DNA of 64,000 nucleotides from an uncultured Gemmatimonadales bacterium (GTDB lineage: Bacteria > Gemmatimonadota > Gemmatimonadetes > Gemmatimonadales > GWC2-71-9). Below are positions 63,867-64,000 of the stretch, one piece after another. The notes under the pieces are model-generated. The model saw nothing but the letters and a program-made list of their open reading frames with translations. It had not been told where the DNA came from and did not search any database. Location: the NCBI GenBank assembly GCA_963695555.1, contig CAVOGR010000005.1:128001-192000 (forward strand). Direction: 5' to 3'. Position 1 is the stretch's first letter. Each line of letters begins with the position of its first letter. Both the position numbers and the translations under genes were made by a program.

Positions 63867-64000
63867 TCAGGTTCTTCGTTCGACCACGATCTGCTCGACC
63901 ACCCAGGCCCCGTTCGGCCGTCTGAGCGTCACCACATAGCCCCGCTCCGCGACGGGGGCGCGGGCCTGGCCGGTATTGAACCACAGGTTGACGTGCACCG
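63867..64000 (-). CDS. 3' end of a hypothetical protein running off the window
   Basis: Open frame ...VHVNLWFNTGQARAPVAERGYVVTLRRPNGAWVVEQIVVERRT*. Confidence 0.5.
   Translation of the reverse strand, partial: VHVNLWFNTGQARAPVAERGYVVTLRRPNGAWVVEQIVVERRT

Overview
A high-GC bacterial chromosomal segment of mostly core genes, tightly packed in overlapping operons. Gene content and order resemble Gemmatimonadota (inference, not verified). From left to right: guaA (5' truncated); a metzincin-like lipoprotein; a PTS EIIA(Ntr)-like gene; dusB-larB-GAF/GGDEF; tmRNA (ssrA); a long minus-strand run truA-htrA-purB-purC-psd-pssA-purS-purQ-hyp-Zn finger-purL-purF-ppdK-purE; lexA divergent from a HEAT-repeat / HD-GYP / MCP / folK / panB / panC run; a glycerate kinase / 2-hydroxyacid dehydrogenase pair; rlmN; aspS-phoH-ybeY-2xCNNM-mgtE; a short rho; a B12 acyl-CoA mutase cluster (meaB, mutase large subunit, aeRF1/Balon-like protein, B12-binding subunit, carboxyltransferase, TPP II-like subtilase, split AtuA, enoyl-CoA hydratase); a TRAP transporter; a 2-oxoacid:ferredoxin oxidoreductase; an M28 peptidase; and a PNPOx-like protein. 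Several conserved genes (dusB, purL, Zn finger, panC, HD hydrolase, dctM) carry single-base indels that most likely reflect sequencing or assembly errors. I saw no CRISPR array, prophage, integrase or IS. Most interesting signals: (i) a release-factor-like, probably non-catalytic (Balon-like) gene between the two subunits of a mutase with isobutyryl-CoA-mutase specificity residues; (ii) a HEAT protein and an HD-GYP protein sharing an unnamed N-terminal domain, coupled to a GAF-MCP; (iii) a candidate LexA operator TTCGG-N6-TTCGG present twice over the lexA promoter; (iv) intergenic heptamer arrays that begin at stop codons and drift toward stop+Shine-Dalgarno units, followed by a two-hairpin module seen at two loci; (v) repeated leaderless-type promoters. 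All family assignments come from motif recognition by eye; no searches were run.
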